DNA of 64,000 nucleotides from a virus: positions 53,406-117,405 of IMG/VR virus record IMGVR_UViG_3300047160_006900; one strand, 5' to 3'. The notes beneath the pieces were generated by a model. That model was not told where the DNA came from. It searched no databases and saw nothing but the letters and a program-made list of their open reading frames with translations. A program made the translations under genes and the position numbers. Below, in pieces: positions 20,279-28,693 of the stretch (positions are counted from its first letter, which is position 1; the number at the start of each line of letters is the position of its first letter).

Positions 20279-21136
20279 GTGGTACAAGCAGCAGCGGCCA
20301 AACATACGGTCGTGGAAGAGGTCTCCCTGGAGGAACCCGAAGAGACTCCGGAGCAGAAGCTCCAGAAGGCTTCCAAGGTCATCGCCGGGGAGGTCCCGCT
20401 CATTCCGGCTGCCCCCGATACTTTGATCCATCTGCCTCGGGGGCTCTACACCGGGTCCAAGTGGGAAACCGAGGTCGAGATCCGAGAACTGACCGGGGCC
20501 GATGAGGAGGCTCTGGCCCGGTTCAAGGAGGCGCACGACTTCTTCAACGGCGTCCTGGTGTATGGGATCGCCCGTATTGGCTCCGAGGACCTGGAGAGGG
20601 AACCGTTCGCAGAGCGGTCCTCCACTCTGGCCGGGTTGCTGATCGGGGAACGAGAGCAGTTGTTCCTCCACATCGCCCGCATCACGTATGGGGACGAAAA
20701 GGAGATCACTCATACCTGCCCATACTGCGGCGTGGAGGTCAACACCACGTTGCTGCTGTCGGAGGACATCACCGTCCCCGAGATGACGAATCCCCAGATG
20801 ACCACCGACACGTTGACCACCTCCAAGGGGGCGACGCTCACGTATCGGTTGGCGACGGGGGCCGACCAGATGTTGGTGTTCTCCAAGAAGGGGGCCAACG
20901 TCGCTGAGCAGAACACCATCATGATCAGCCAGTGCGTGACCCAGATCGACAACAAGCCGGTGGTCAACCCGATGGAGATGGCTCGCAGCCTGTCCATGGG
21001 CGACCGCCGCAAGCTCTTGGACCTGTTGATCACTGCCCAGCCGTCCCCCGACTTCAATCTCAAGGTCGACTGCGTGAGTTGTGGAGAGGAGATGACCCTG
21101 CCGATCTCCTGGCAGGACATTTTTCGCTTCCAGTGA
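20279..21136 (+). CDS. Tail/baseplate assembly chaperone (T4 gp26-like, two CxxC motifs)
   Basis: IRELTGADEE, CPYC and CVSC; lies between tube and tape measure genes. Confidence 0.8.
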   Translation: MVQAAAAKHTVVEEVSLEEPEETPEQKLQKASKVIAGEVPLIPAAPDTLIHLPRGLYTGSKWETEVEIRELTGADEEALARFKEAHDFFNGVLVYGIARIGSEDLEREPFAERSSTLAGLLIGEREQLFLHIARITYGDEKEITHTCPYCGVEVNTTLLLSEDITVPEMTNPQMTTDTLTTSKGATLTYRLATGADQMLVFSKKGANVAEQNTIMISQCVTQIDNKPVVNPMEMARSLSMGDRRKLLDLLITAQPSPDFNLKVDCVSCGEEMTLPISWQDIFRFQ

Positions 21137-21278
21137 GCCCCTGCTGTACATCGAGTACGACGTGATCTCCAAGGAGTACCCGGGGTGGGGGCTAGCGGAT
21201 ATTAGGAATCTCACCCGGAGAGAACGGACCTACTGGCAGGCCCTCTTGAAGTACCGACGAGCGCAGTATCATGGCTAA
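21123..21278 (+). CDS. Chaperone extension (gpT/DUF6760-like), probably reached by a +1 frameshift
   Basis: LLYIEYDVISKEYPGWGLADIRNLTRRERTYW in the +1 frame; no ATG or RBS of its own. Confidence 0.7.
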   Translation, partial: FASSEPLLYIEYDVISKEYPGWGLADIRNLTRRERTYWQALLKYRRAQYHG

Positions 21279-23883
21279 CGGCGAGGAACGAAGCGCAGCA
21301 CAACAGCAGTTGTTCGATCCCGGTCCTGCGGTAAAAGGTCGGAGATCCTCATCGAGAACTGCTGTCTCCTCGTCGGTCGATATCAGCCTGCCCAAGCTGA
21401 ACGAGTTCAGCGACAGCATCGGCAACCTGCTGACCAAGCTGACGGAGTTGCGGGAGACGATGCTCTCCTTCTCCACCAAGCAGGCCGGGACCAAAATGGC
21501 CCAGCAGATCGATGCTGCCACTAGTGCGGCCAAGGGGATCAGCGGAGGAGCCTCGACCGGGTACAACCCTCATGGCGGAGCGAAGCCGAACGTCTTCCAA
21601 GCCGGGGGTGACCTGCCCAGCACGGTCAAGCTCGCCCCCGGGGGTGGGGGGGCCAATCTTCTTCCGACTGGAGTGTCGTCGGCCGAGCTTCCTTCGGCCG
21701 AAAGCGCCGGGGGTGGTATCGGTCGGGTCGCTACCCAACTCGGGGGTGGTGCTGGTCTCGGCGGGCTGATCCAGGGTCTGATGATGGGGTTGCCGGAGAT
21801 CGGTGGGGCGCTGGCTGGAAGCAGCCTGGCGTACACCTATAACCGCATCAACGGCCCCCAAGGGAACATGAACGCCATGCTTCAGTTGGCGCAGACGATG
21901 GCTCCCAACGTCACCATGATGAATGCGGCCGGAGGAGGTCCTTCTGGCCCGCTCACCATCCAGAGTGCGATCCAGGGGCTGGGTCAGCGCATGCCGGTCA
22001 TGGGCACGCAGCAGGACATGCTCCAGACCATCCTGGCGGGGCAGAGCGTCGGAGCCCTGATGGCGGGGACGCCGGGGCGGAACGGGTTCTTTGAGTCCGT
22101 CCGTCAGGCTCAGGCGCTGATGCCGGGGCAGGCTCCGGGCACGATCTCCGGGAACATCGCCGGATACCTCGGGAACGTGGGCGCTCAGCAACGAGGGGCC
22201 ATGTTCGGTGAAGGAGCCTTCACCATGGTTGGCCAGGGGGGCAGCTACAAGACCCTCTCCGAGTGGGCCAAGGGCATCACCGCCTTCTTGGAGCAGCACC
22301 GGCCGGGTGGGTCGCAGGGGAAGGCCTTCACCAAGGCTGAACTCATCACCCAGAACTTCCCGGGATCAAACATCAATACATGGTTCCAGTTCATGGGTGT
22401 GCCTCAGAACATGGTCGACTACTGGTGGCAATACGTCCTCACGCAGGGAGCCAACGAGGGGACGGATCAGGTCACCTCCGACATGCTCCAGAAGAATGTG
22501 CAGCAGCAGCGGGGGATGAACCTGGGCTTTGAGCAGTTGCGGACGGCGACCGCGTCGACCCAACGGGACATGCTGTTCGGGAATCAGATGTATGGCATGT
22601 ATGGGCTGAACGCAGCGGCCAATCGCAACTTCAACCAGGCCATGGCACAAACGGATCAGGCTCTGGCAGCGCAGATCAAGGGATCCAATCTGGGTCAGAT
22701 GCTGGCTCTGATGCCGACGCCGGTCATGGAAATGTTGATGCCCATCCTGTCCCAGTTCTTCTCCAGCCCGGTGGGAGCAGGGATGTCGGCTCTGGGTGGG
22801 GCGCTGGGCATCGACTTCTCCAAAGGCACGGTGGGTGGAGGAGGTCCGGGATTATTTGAGTCGGCGGGGAATGCTTTGAACACTTTGGGTATCCCGGGGG
22901 CAGGACTGGCAGGAAAGGCGGCGCAGACCGGGTGGGAAGGTCTGCAATCGTTGAACCCGTTCGGTGACCCGATGCCTTACGGGGACAAGGGTGGAAACAC
23001 CACAGCCCATCTCAGCCCCGACCTGGCCCGACGGGTCAACGCCATGCTGGCTGCCAATCCCAATCTGCGGGTCTCCTCTGGCTATCGGGACACCGTGACC
23101 CAGAATCGCTTGCGGAGGAATGGTGGGCCGGTAGCTCCAGCGTCTCGGAGTGCTCATACCCGAGGTTGGGCTGCGGATATCGGTCCCGCCAGTCAGTCGG
23201 GCTGGCTCATGCAGAACGCCGGGAAGTTCGGGCTCCAGACCGCTGCCGGGTACGGGGAACCCTGGCACGTTCAGATGGCCGGGACTCCGATGGGTGATCC
23301 GATGCCCTATGGAGACGCCACTGACTTCATTACTGGTCCGATCTCGGACTTCCTGAGTCAAGGGCTCAATGACGTTGCCAAGGGCATTATCCAAGGACTT
23401 GGGAGCATGTTCCAGTCGATCATGCAGCCGTTGTTGACGCCGATCCAGGACCTGTTGAAGCAGTTCATCGGCAAGGGCGGCTACTCAGATCTTCTCCAGG
23501 GGGCCACCAACTTCTTCTCCAAGCTGCTCACTGCTCCGATGTCCGGGATGATGAAGATCTTCGGTCCTGGTCCTGCGATGAGTAACAGCGACATCTTGGG
23601 GATGATCGATCAGCCCCAGAACCTGACTGTGCCGGTCGTGGGGGCGTTCAAGGGCGCTGGCGGTGGTGGGGCTTCCGGCGGGCAGATCTTTGGGGACCCG
23701 ATGAGCTTGCTGTCGATGGCTCCGTCGTCCGGAGGTGGTGGGGGTGGTACCCCGGTCCTGATCTTCCACGCTCCGATCACCATCCAGGGCGGGGGAAGCG
23801 GGATCGACGCCCGTCAGATGGCATCCACGATTGCGAGTCATCTGGAAGAAGAGGCCAACAAGCGGCAATGGCTGGTGCAGTGA
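21271..23883 (+). CDS. Tape measure protein with an internal M15/VanY-like Zn peptidase
   Basis: G/A/M/Q-rich; follows the chaperone; SGYR, SAH.RG.AAD and EPWH motifs. Confidence 0.85.
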   Translation: MANGEERSAAQQQLFDPGPAVKGRRSSSRTAVSSSVDISLPKLNEFSDSIGNLLTKLTELRETMLSFSTKQAGTKMAQQIDAATSAAKGISGGASTGYNPHGGAKPNVFQAGGDLPSTVKLAPGGGGANLLPTGVSSAELPSAESAGGGIGRVATQLGGGAGLGGLIQGLMMGLPEIGGALAGSSLAYTYNRINGPQGNMNAMLQLAQTMAPNVTMMNAAGGGPSGPLTIQSAIQGLGQRMPVMGTQQDMLQTILAGQSVGALMAGTPGRNGFFESVRQAQALMPGQAPGTISGNIAGYLGNVGAQQRGAMFGEGAFTMVGQGGSYKTLSEWAKGITAFLEQHRPGGSQGKAFTKAELITQNFPGSNINTWFQFMGVPQNMVDYWWQYVLTQGANEGTDQVTSDMLQKNVQQQRGMNLGFEQLRTATASTQRDMLFGNQMYGMYGLNAAANRNFNQAMAQTDQALAAQIKGSNLGQMLALMPTPVMEMLMPILSQFFSSPVGAGMSALGGALGIDFSKGTVGGGGPGLFESAGNALNTLGIPGAGLAGKAAQTGWEGLQSLNPFGDPMPYGDKGGNTTAHLSPDLARRVNAMLAANPNLRVSSGYRDTVTQNRLRRNGGPVAPASRSAHTRGWAADIGPASQSGWLMQNAGKFGLQTAAGYGEPWHVQMAGTPMGDPMPYGDATDFITGPISDFLSQGLNDVAKGIIQGLGSMFQSIMQPLLTPIQDLLKQFIGKGGYSDLLQGATNFFSKLLTAPMSGMMKIFGPGPAMSNSDILGMIDQPQNLTVPVVGAFKGAGGGGASGGQIFGDPMSLLSMAPSSGGGGGGTPVLIFHAPITIQGGGSGIDARQMASTIASHLEEEANKRQWLVQ

Positions 23884-25169
23884 TGACTGCCCCCGAGACC
23901 AACGTCTTCCGCCCCGCCGTGGTAGCGCAGAGTATCTCGACTCAGTTGGTTCCCGACCCGGTCACCCCCTCCCAGTACGCCCAGGAGCGGTTCCTGGCGA
24001 CGTCCACCAATACGGCCAACCCCAACTTCGCTCTGACCAGTGACCGCAACAAGCTGGTGGAGAACGGCGGTCCGATCTCCCGGGGATATATCCGCCGTTC
24101 CGATATCAACGTTGGAGATGCGACCAGCAGCTACCGCCTCTACTTCATGTTCAATCCGGAGACCATCCAGCGGAGCTACATCGCCTACCTCGATCAGGCA
24201 GCGTTGGACCCGGGCAATGCGGTGTTTGGATCCAACAACATGGCTGCGGCCCCGGGGATCGTCCAGTTCACCTTTGAACTGCTGTTCGACCGGCAGTTGG
24301 AGGTAGCGCAGGACCCCTCGCATCCCGGAACCAAGGTCGATTACGACTACTTCGACATCGTGGTCCGGGGGATCGTGCCCGATAGTACCGATACCGGCAA
24401 TGCCATCCCCGACAACGGGATCATGATGGTGAACCCCCACAACATCCTGGTGGTGTTCGGAGAGGATCTCTCGGTCCAGGGTCGGGTCCGAGATGCGGCG
24501 GTCAACTTTGAGAAGTTCAACAACGCCATGGTGCCGACCCGGCTGCGGATTCAACTCAACATGATGGCGCTCTACATCGGCCCGGTGCAGACGGTCCCGA
24601 ACTACTCGCTGTACAGCAGCGAGGCGACGTCAGCGGCCACGATTCCATTTGAGAAAACGGGCGTTCTCACAGTGACTCAAGAGTCGGTGCAGTTCGCCAA
24701 GGTCAATGCGATTCAGCTAGCGACGACCAACTCCCCGTTTGTTTCCGGCGTGGTATCGCCCATCACCGGGTCGGGAATCGTCACCGGTTCCACAGACATG
24801 ACCACCTTTGCCCACCACCTGCTGCAGAGTCTGAACGTCCCCGACAACGAGAGCAACGTCCAGGCTCTCATCGCCTGGGAGCAGGCCGAGGGCGGCATTG
24901 TCCACAACAACCCGATGAACTGCACTCTGGACCTGCCGGGGGCGACCAACTGGAACAGCATCGGGGTGAAGACTTACGTGTCTCTGGACCAGGGTCTGCA
25001 GGCCACGGTGATGATGATCGTGGATCATCCGGGATATCCGGCCATCTATAACGCCTTGAAGGACGGAACCTCCTCCTGTGCGGTGGGGAAGGCCGTGGTG
25101 TATGGACTGAATGTCAATGGAGAAGCCTGGGGAACCAGCAAACTGCTGCTCGACATCCTGGGGTGCTGA
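23883..25169 (+). CDS. Tube-initiator-like baseplate protein with a C-terminal lysozyme-like domain
   Basis: YFMFNPETI and FELLFDR; C-terminal AWEQAEGG..NNPMNCT..GVKTY.S..QG..AT. Confidence 0.7.
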   Translation: MTAPETNVFRPAVVAQSISTQLVPDPVTPSQYAQERFLATSTNTANPNFALTSDRNKLVENGGPISRGYIRRSDINVGDATSSYRLYFMFNPETIQRSYIAYLDQAALDPGNAVFGSNNMAAAPGIVQFTFELLFDRQLEVAQDPSHPGTKVDYDYFDIVVRGIVPDSTDTGNAIPDNGIMMVNPHNILVVFGEDLSVQGRVRDAAVNFEKFNNAMVPTRLRIQLNMMALYIGPVQTVPNYSLYSSEATSAATIPFEKTGVLTVTQESVQFAKVNAIQLATTNSPFVSGVVSPITGSGIVTGSTDMTTFAHHLLQSLNVPDNESNVQALIAWEQAEGGIVHNNPMNCTLDLPGATNWNSIGVKTYVSLDQGLQATVMMIVDHPGYPAIYNALKDGTSSCAVGKAVVYGLNVNGEAWGTSKLLLDILGC

Positions 25170-26632
25170 TGACGACCAATACGTTCGTGCCGCTGGCGAT
25201 CACCTCGTCACCAGCGGGGCAATCCACCAACCCCAACCCCCAGGCCATCGATTTGGCGCTGTCGGCGCAGCAGAACTTCTCCACTCTGCTGCGGAATCGG
25301 TCCTATGCCCGCCTGGATGCTTCCAGTATCACCAAGGCCAACCCGGAGTTCGATACCGGAGCGGCAGGACGAGTGTTGTCCTCGATCACCAATAGCAATC
25401 GGGGAAACGACTTTCGTATCAGTCGGGGATATATCCGTCGGTCGGTGATTGATTCCGGAGATCCCACTAGTGGATACCGGCTCTACTTCATGTTCAACCC
25501 CGAGATGATTCAGCGGAGCTACCAGTCCTATCTGGATCAGCAGGCCTTGGACCCGTTCAACACCATCTTCGGCTCCAACAACCTCGTAGCACCCCCGGGA
25601 GCACTCAGTTTCGGATTCGATCTGTTCTTCGATCGCCAGACGGAGAACGCCTCCGGTGTCATGCCTCGGGGGGTTCTGGAGGATTTCGACTACTTCAACC
25701 TCGTTGTCCGGGGGGTAGTGCCTGACCCCCAACAGCCTGACCTCCCGGACAACGGCATCATGATGATCAACCCCCGTAACTGCACGGTGGTCTTTAGCCC
25801 GCAGCTATCGGTCCAGGGACGTCCGAACACGGCGTACGTGCAGTACCTGAAGTTTGATTCCAGTATGCGGCCGACCCGCATGATGATCCATATCGACATG
25901 ATGGCCCTCTACATCGGGCCGGTGCGGACGGACTTCACCTTCGCCCAGTCCAAGGTGGAGGGAACGGTCTCGGCCACGGTCCCCTATGAGGACAGCAATA
26001 CATACCAACTCACTCAAGAGCAGGTGCAGTTCGCCAAGGTTCAGGCCATCGCCTTTGCGACCTCCGGAGGCGCAGACGCAGCCAACCCCGTGAACAGTGT
26101 GAATGGGGTCATTGCTGGACCGAACTCCGCCCTCCGTATCAATGCCATGGGCTTTGCCGAGTACATCTTGGGTGATCACCGGATCCGGTACACCGGTTCT
26201 CCGGGATCCCCGGTCCCGGTGGACCTCAGTCAGGGTGGGACCGACTGTGCGGGATTGGTCTACTGGGGCTATCGATCCACCGGGGCGTTGGCTGCGTTGT
26301 TGGGATCTCCGACGTCACCGCCGGGGGAATACGCCAGCGGCAATGTCATGTGGGATGCGGCCCGCCGCATGGGGACCATCGTGGCGGAGAACAACACCTT
26401 CAACCCGGACTTCTTCAACAACGGGCTGCAGCCGGGGGACATCATGATCGGAGCCCCCCATGTGGCCTGGTGTCACTCCGTGCCCGGGGACGGCACGATC
26501 ATCACCTATGAATGCAACCCGCCCGATGGGGTCTGCCATGAGGTCTTCCCTTACTCCCAGATCACGGGCGGGCCGAACTATCACCGAGTGGCAATCCGCC
26601 CCGGTATCAACAACACGGTGACGAACCCATGA
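25169..26632 (+). CDS. Tube-initiator-like paralogue with a C-terminal NlpC/P60 peptidase
   Basis: YFMFNPEMI; DCAGLVYWGY, LQPGDI and HVAW motifs. Confidence 0.75.
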   Translation: MTTNTFVPLAITSSPAGQSTNPNPQAIDLALSAQQNFSTLLRNRSYARLDASSITKANPEFDTGAAGRVLSSITNSNRGNDFRISRGYIRRSVIDSGDPTSGYRLYFMFNPEMIQRSYQSYLDQQALDPFNTIFGSNNLVAPPGALSFGFDLFFDRQTENASGVMPRGVLEDFDYFNLVVRGVVPDPQQPDLPDNGIMMINPRNCTVVFSPQLSVQGRPNTAYVQYLKFDSSMRPTRMMIHIDMMALYIGPVRTDFTFAQSKVEGTVSATVPYEDSNTYQLTQEQVQFAKVQAIAFATSGGADAANPVNSVNGVIAGPNSALRINAMGFAEYILGDHRIRYTGSPGSPVPVDLSQGGTDCAGLVYWGYRSTGALAALLGSPTSPPGEYASGNVMWDAARRMGTIVAENNTFNPDFFNNGLQPGDIMIGAPHVAWCHSVPGDGTIITYECNPPDGVCHEVFPYSQITGGPNYHRVAIRPGINNTVTNP

Positions 26633-27003
26633 TTACGAGCGACTCCCGATACGCCGATGCGGCCCATGAGAATGCCCTCACCCATCTCTACGATGCCCTG
26701 GGCACACCGGAGACGGTGACGGTGACCGACCAAGCCATCCCGCTGGCTGGGTCCACCACTACGCTGCCCTTGGTGGGGGACACGCTGACCGAGATCAGTC
26801 GGGACACCACGTACCTGTTGACCACCGTTCCGGGCTCGACGCTTCCTCGGAGCTATATGGCGAAGATGACCGACAACATGCAGTTGTTGGCCTATCAGTC
26901 CTTGCAGGATCCCACTCGTTGGTGGGTCATCGCTGATGCCAACCCGCAGCTTCGTTACCCGTTCGATCTCACGACGGGCGATGTCATTCATCTCCCGGGG
27001 TGA
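26629..27003 (+). CDS. LysM/tail-X-like baseplate protein
   Basis: LLAYQSLQDPTRWWVIADANP...GDVIHLP. Confidence 0.85.
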   Translation: MITSDSRYADAAHENALTHLYDALGTPETVTVTDQAIPLAGSTTTLPLVGDTLTEISRDTTYLLTTVPGSTLPRSYMAKMTDNMQLLAYQSLQDPTRWWVIADANPQLRYPFDLTTGDVIHLPG

Positions 27004-27006
27004 TCC

Positions 27007-28299
27007 GTGCCTGTTGCCGTCACGAACCCAGCACTCTCCGCTCTGGCGGGGCTGCTGGTCTACGACGTCCTGATCAACGACGAGGCGGTCAACCTCACGT
27101 CGTCGGAGATTTCCCAAGTCGGCGTCACCAACGCCGAGGGCCAACACGAAGCAGCCGTGGTCACTACGCAACTGACCAAGCCGCAGATCTCTCGGTTCGT
27201 GGACAAGCCGATCTCATTCAATTATGGGAGCAGTATCAATAGCAATACATTCTACGGCTACGTGGTCGCCATCACGCCGAACCAGAACTACCAGGACGAC
27301 TCCATTGTGGACATCGCCTGCATCGGGGTGACCTGGCCGATGCAGAACGGGACCCAGAAGTTCGTCCGTAACATCACCGCCCCCGACATGTTCGCCGCCA
27401 TCGTGACCGGAGGGTTCCGTCAAGACGTCTCCACCGGATACAACCTGGGGGCTCAGGTCGATACCCACTCCTATGTCTGGCCCATCCTGGCCCAGAGCAA
27501 CGAGAGCGACTGGGAGTACCTGCTCACGCTGGCCGAGCGGGTGGGGTATGCGGTCTACAACTATCGGGGCGTGGTGAGGATGGTGAAGCCCCTGCGGATC
27601 CTCACCGAGACCCCGGTGTTCGCCAGCTTCATCAAGGGTGACCAGATCTTGGATCAGACCCGGACCCTGTTGGATTGGCAGGCCACCACTCAGTCGCTCA
27701 ACGTGCGGCAGAACATCCTCCCTTCCTTCGGATTCTTCGACGGGACGACGGCGGCGACCAGCCTGACCCCTACCTCGGCGGGCGTCCTTTCGGCCTTCCC
27801 GCAGGGATCCTCTCCGGTAGCAGCGATCCCGGTGATCCCTGCTACCTCTTCAACGAGCCAGTCGAATCTGATCTCTCCGTATTCGGTACGGACTGATACC
27901 CCGGTCAAAGACCGGGGCATGGCGGATACGTATAGCCAGGCCTGGAAGAACCGGATCGACTTCTGGAACGAACAGGCCGAGGCTCGTATCAATGGGAATG
28001 CCAGGATCGTGCCTGGAGTGAACATCTCGGTCCAAGTCAGCGGGGTCCAGAATGCGGTCAATGACTATGACGGAGTGTGGATGGTCCGGGGGGTCAAGCA
28101 CACCCTGACTCACTCGTCCTTCCAGACCCTGTTGGACCTGGCCCGGGATACCACCTCTAAGCCGGTGAATGCCACTGACAACTGGTTCTGGAATGTGCCT
28201 CGGGGAGCCCCCAAGGTGATCCGTGATCCGGCCACCAATAAGTGGAAGTCTTCTTGGGGATCATCCCCTGAGTTCATCCAGACCACATTGGCGTCCTGA
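27007..28299 (+). CDS. Baseplate hub protein (gpD/gp27-like)
   Basis: QSNESDWEYLLTLAERVGY; DGVWMVRGVKH. Confidence 0.85.
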   Translation: MPVAVTNPALSALAGLLVYDVLINDEAVNLTSSEISQVGVTNAEGQHEAAVVTTQLTKPQISRFVDKPISFNYGSSINSNTFYGYVVAITPNQNYQDDSIVDIACIGVTWPMQNGTQKFVRNITAPDMFAAIVTGGFRQDVSTGYNLGAQVDTHSYVWPILAQSNESDWEYLLTLAERVGYAVYNYRGVVRMVKPLRILTETPVFASFIKGDQILDQTRTLLDWQATTQSLNVRQNILPSFGFFDGTTAATSLTPTSAGVLSAFPQGSSPVAAIPVIPATSSTSQSNLISPYSVRTDTPVKDRGMADTYSQAWKNRIDFWNEQAEARINGNARIVPGVNISVQVSGVQNAVNDYDGVWMVRGVKHTLTHSSFQTLLDLARDTTSKPVNATDNWFWNVPRGAPKVIRDPATNKWKSSWGSSPEFIQTTLAS

Positions 28300-28309
28300 A
28301 AGGACCGTA

Positions 28310-28693
28310 ATGCTTGCGCTCACCGACCCGATGGCGATCATCAACGGGGGCGTCGCTACCACCACGGTCTACGACAAGATCGTGCAGGACCAGTTGGTCG
28401 ATGCGGTGATGACGAACCAGGGCGAGCGGATCATGCATCCCACCTGGGGCTGCAACATCCAGGGCTTGCTCTATGACCCGGCGTCGTCCTTGGAGCGACA
28501 GGATGCCGCCTCTTATATCCGGGATCTTCTTATTCACATGGTCCCCCGAGCCATTGTGATGTCGGTGGATGTCAGCGTGGAGCAAGGAGCCCCCAACGTC
28601 GTCCACATTGATATCGTCTATAAAACGTCCAACTACTCTCCCGCTTCCTCGGTATCGGTAGCGGTGGATACGACCGCAGGAGTCACCCAATGA
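28310..28693 (+). CDS. Baseplate wedge protein gp25/gpW
   Basis: TNQGERIMHPTWGC; AAAGGA RBS before ATG 28310. Confidence 0.92.
   Translation: MLALTDPMAIINGGVATTTVYDKIVQDQLVDAVMTNQGERIMHPTWGCNIQGLLYDPASSLERQDAASYIRDLLIHMVPRAIVMSVDVSVEQGAPNVVHIDIVYKTSNYSPASSVSVAVDTTAGVTQ

Noticed and set aside
20932-21165. -1 frameshift product of the chaperone
   Set aside because: The -1 frame gives only a short FSLPVSPCCTSSTT tail; the conserved-looking ORF is in the +1 frame
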